NCBI GenBank assembly: GCA_022571365.1
Contig: JACZXZ010000001.1
Span: forward strand, 38,720-102,719
Reading direction: 5' to 3'
Length of the DNA stretch: 64,000 nt
Origin: Pseudomonadota bacterium
GTDB lineage: Bacteria > Pseudomonadota > Alphaproteobacteria > G022571365
Both the position numbers and the translations under genes were made by a program. Position 1 is the first letter of the stretch. Each line of letters starts with the position of its first letter. Under the pieces are notes generated by a model. The model worked only from the letters and a program-made list of their open reading frames with translations. It did no database searches and had not been told where the DNA came from. Of this stretch, positions 63,805 to 64,000 are shown piece by piece.

Positions 63805-63827
63805 TCGGGTTAGTCGGGTTAGTCGGG
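63801..63827 (+). repeat. 9-bp unit x3 containing the cutA stop codon
   Basis: TTAGTCGGG x3, giving three in-frame TAG codons. Confidence 0.9.
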
Positions 63828-64000
63828 CCATTCGGGCGCCGCCGCGCGGCGGGGACTGGGGCGGCTCCACTACTGGGGCCACGGTTTCCCCCGTCCGGTC
63901 CGGGACAAGCCCGCCGCCTCGCGTGGCTTCCCGGGACTTGCCGGCGCGCCGGCGCCAGGGAGCGGCGATTCGCAGCGCGTAGCGCCTGATCGGGGGTCTT

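Overview
GC-rich alphaproteobacterial (Rhodospirillales-like) chromosomal segment. Most of it is conserved core: folK-rpoZ-spoT-pdxJ-acpS-lepB-rnc-era-recO-parC; TRAP and LIV-type transporters; ate/bpt, threonine ammonia-lyase, hemB, an RpoH-like sigma factor, gcdH, mucR; rpiB-glyA-nrdR-ribD-ribE-ribB-ribH-nusB-thiL-hppA; bamE-cbp3-yceD-rpmF-plsX-fabH-ihfA-MerR-tRNA-Pro(GGG). Two accessory regions stand out. (1) About 15.2-20.3 kb holds a TPR + SLOG-like + atypical class III nucleotide cyclase, a secreted Ca-binding-repeat protein and an AT-richer TIR-multipass membrane protein. A 37-bp piece of the cyclase gene is repeated upstream of the TIR gene. This is a candidate two-tier nucleotide signalling/defence system. 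(2) About 56.5-61.8 kb, downstream of tRNA-Pro, a three-domain nirK, a PagL-like gene and a B12 radical SAM gene are separated by nested direct repeats (tRNA terminator arm, nirK 3' end, lipoprotein promoter/5' end). This suggests serial insertion with no integrase in the window. Several short tandem duplications occur at gene boundaries. All calls come from motif reading and recalled family knowledge; no searches were run.
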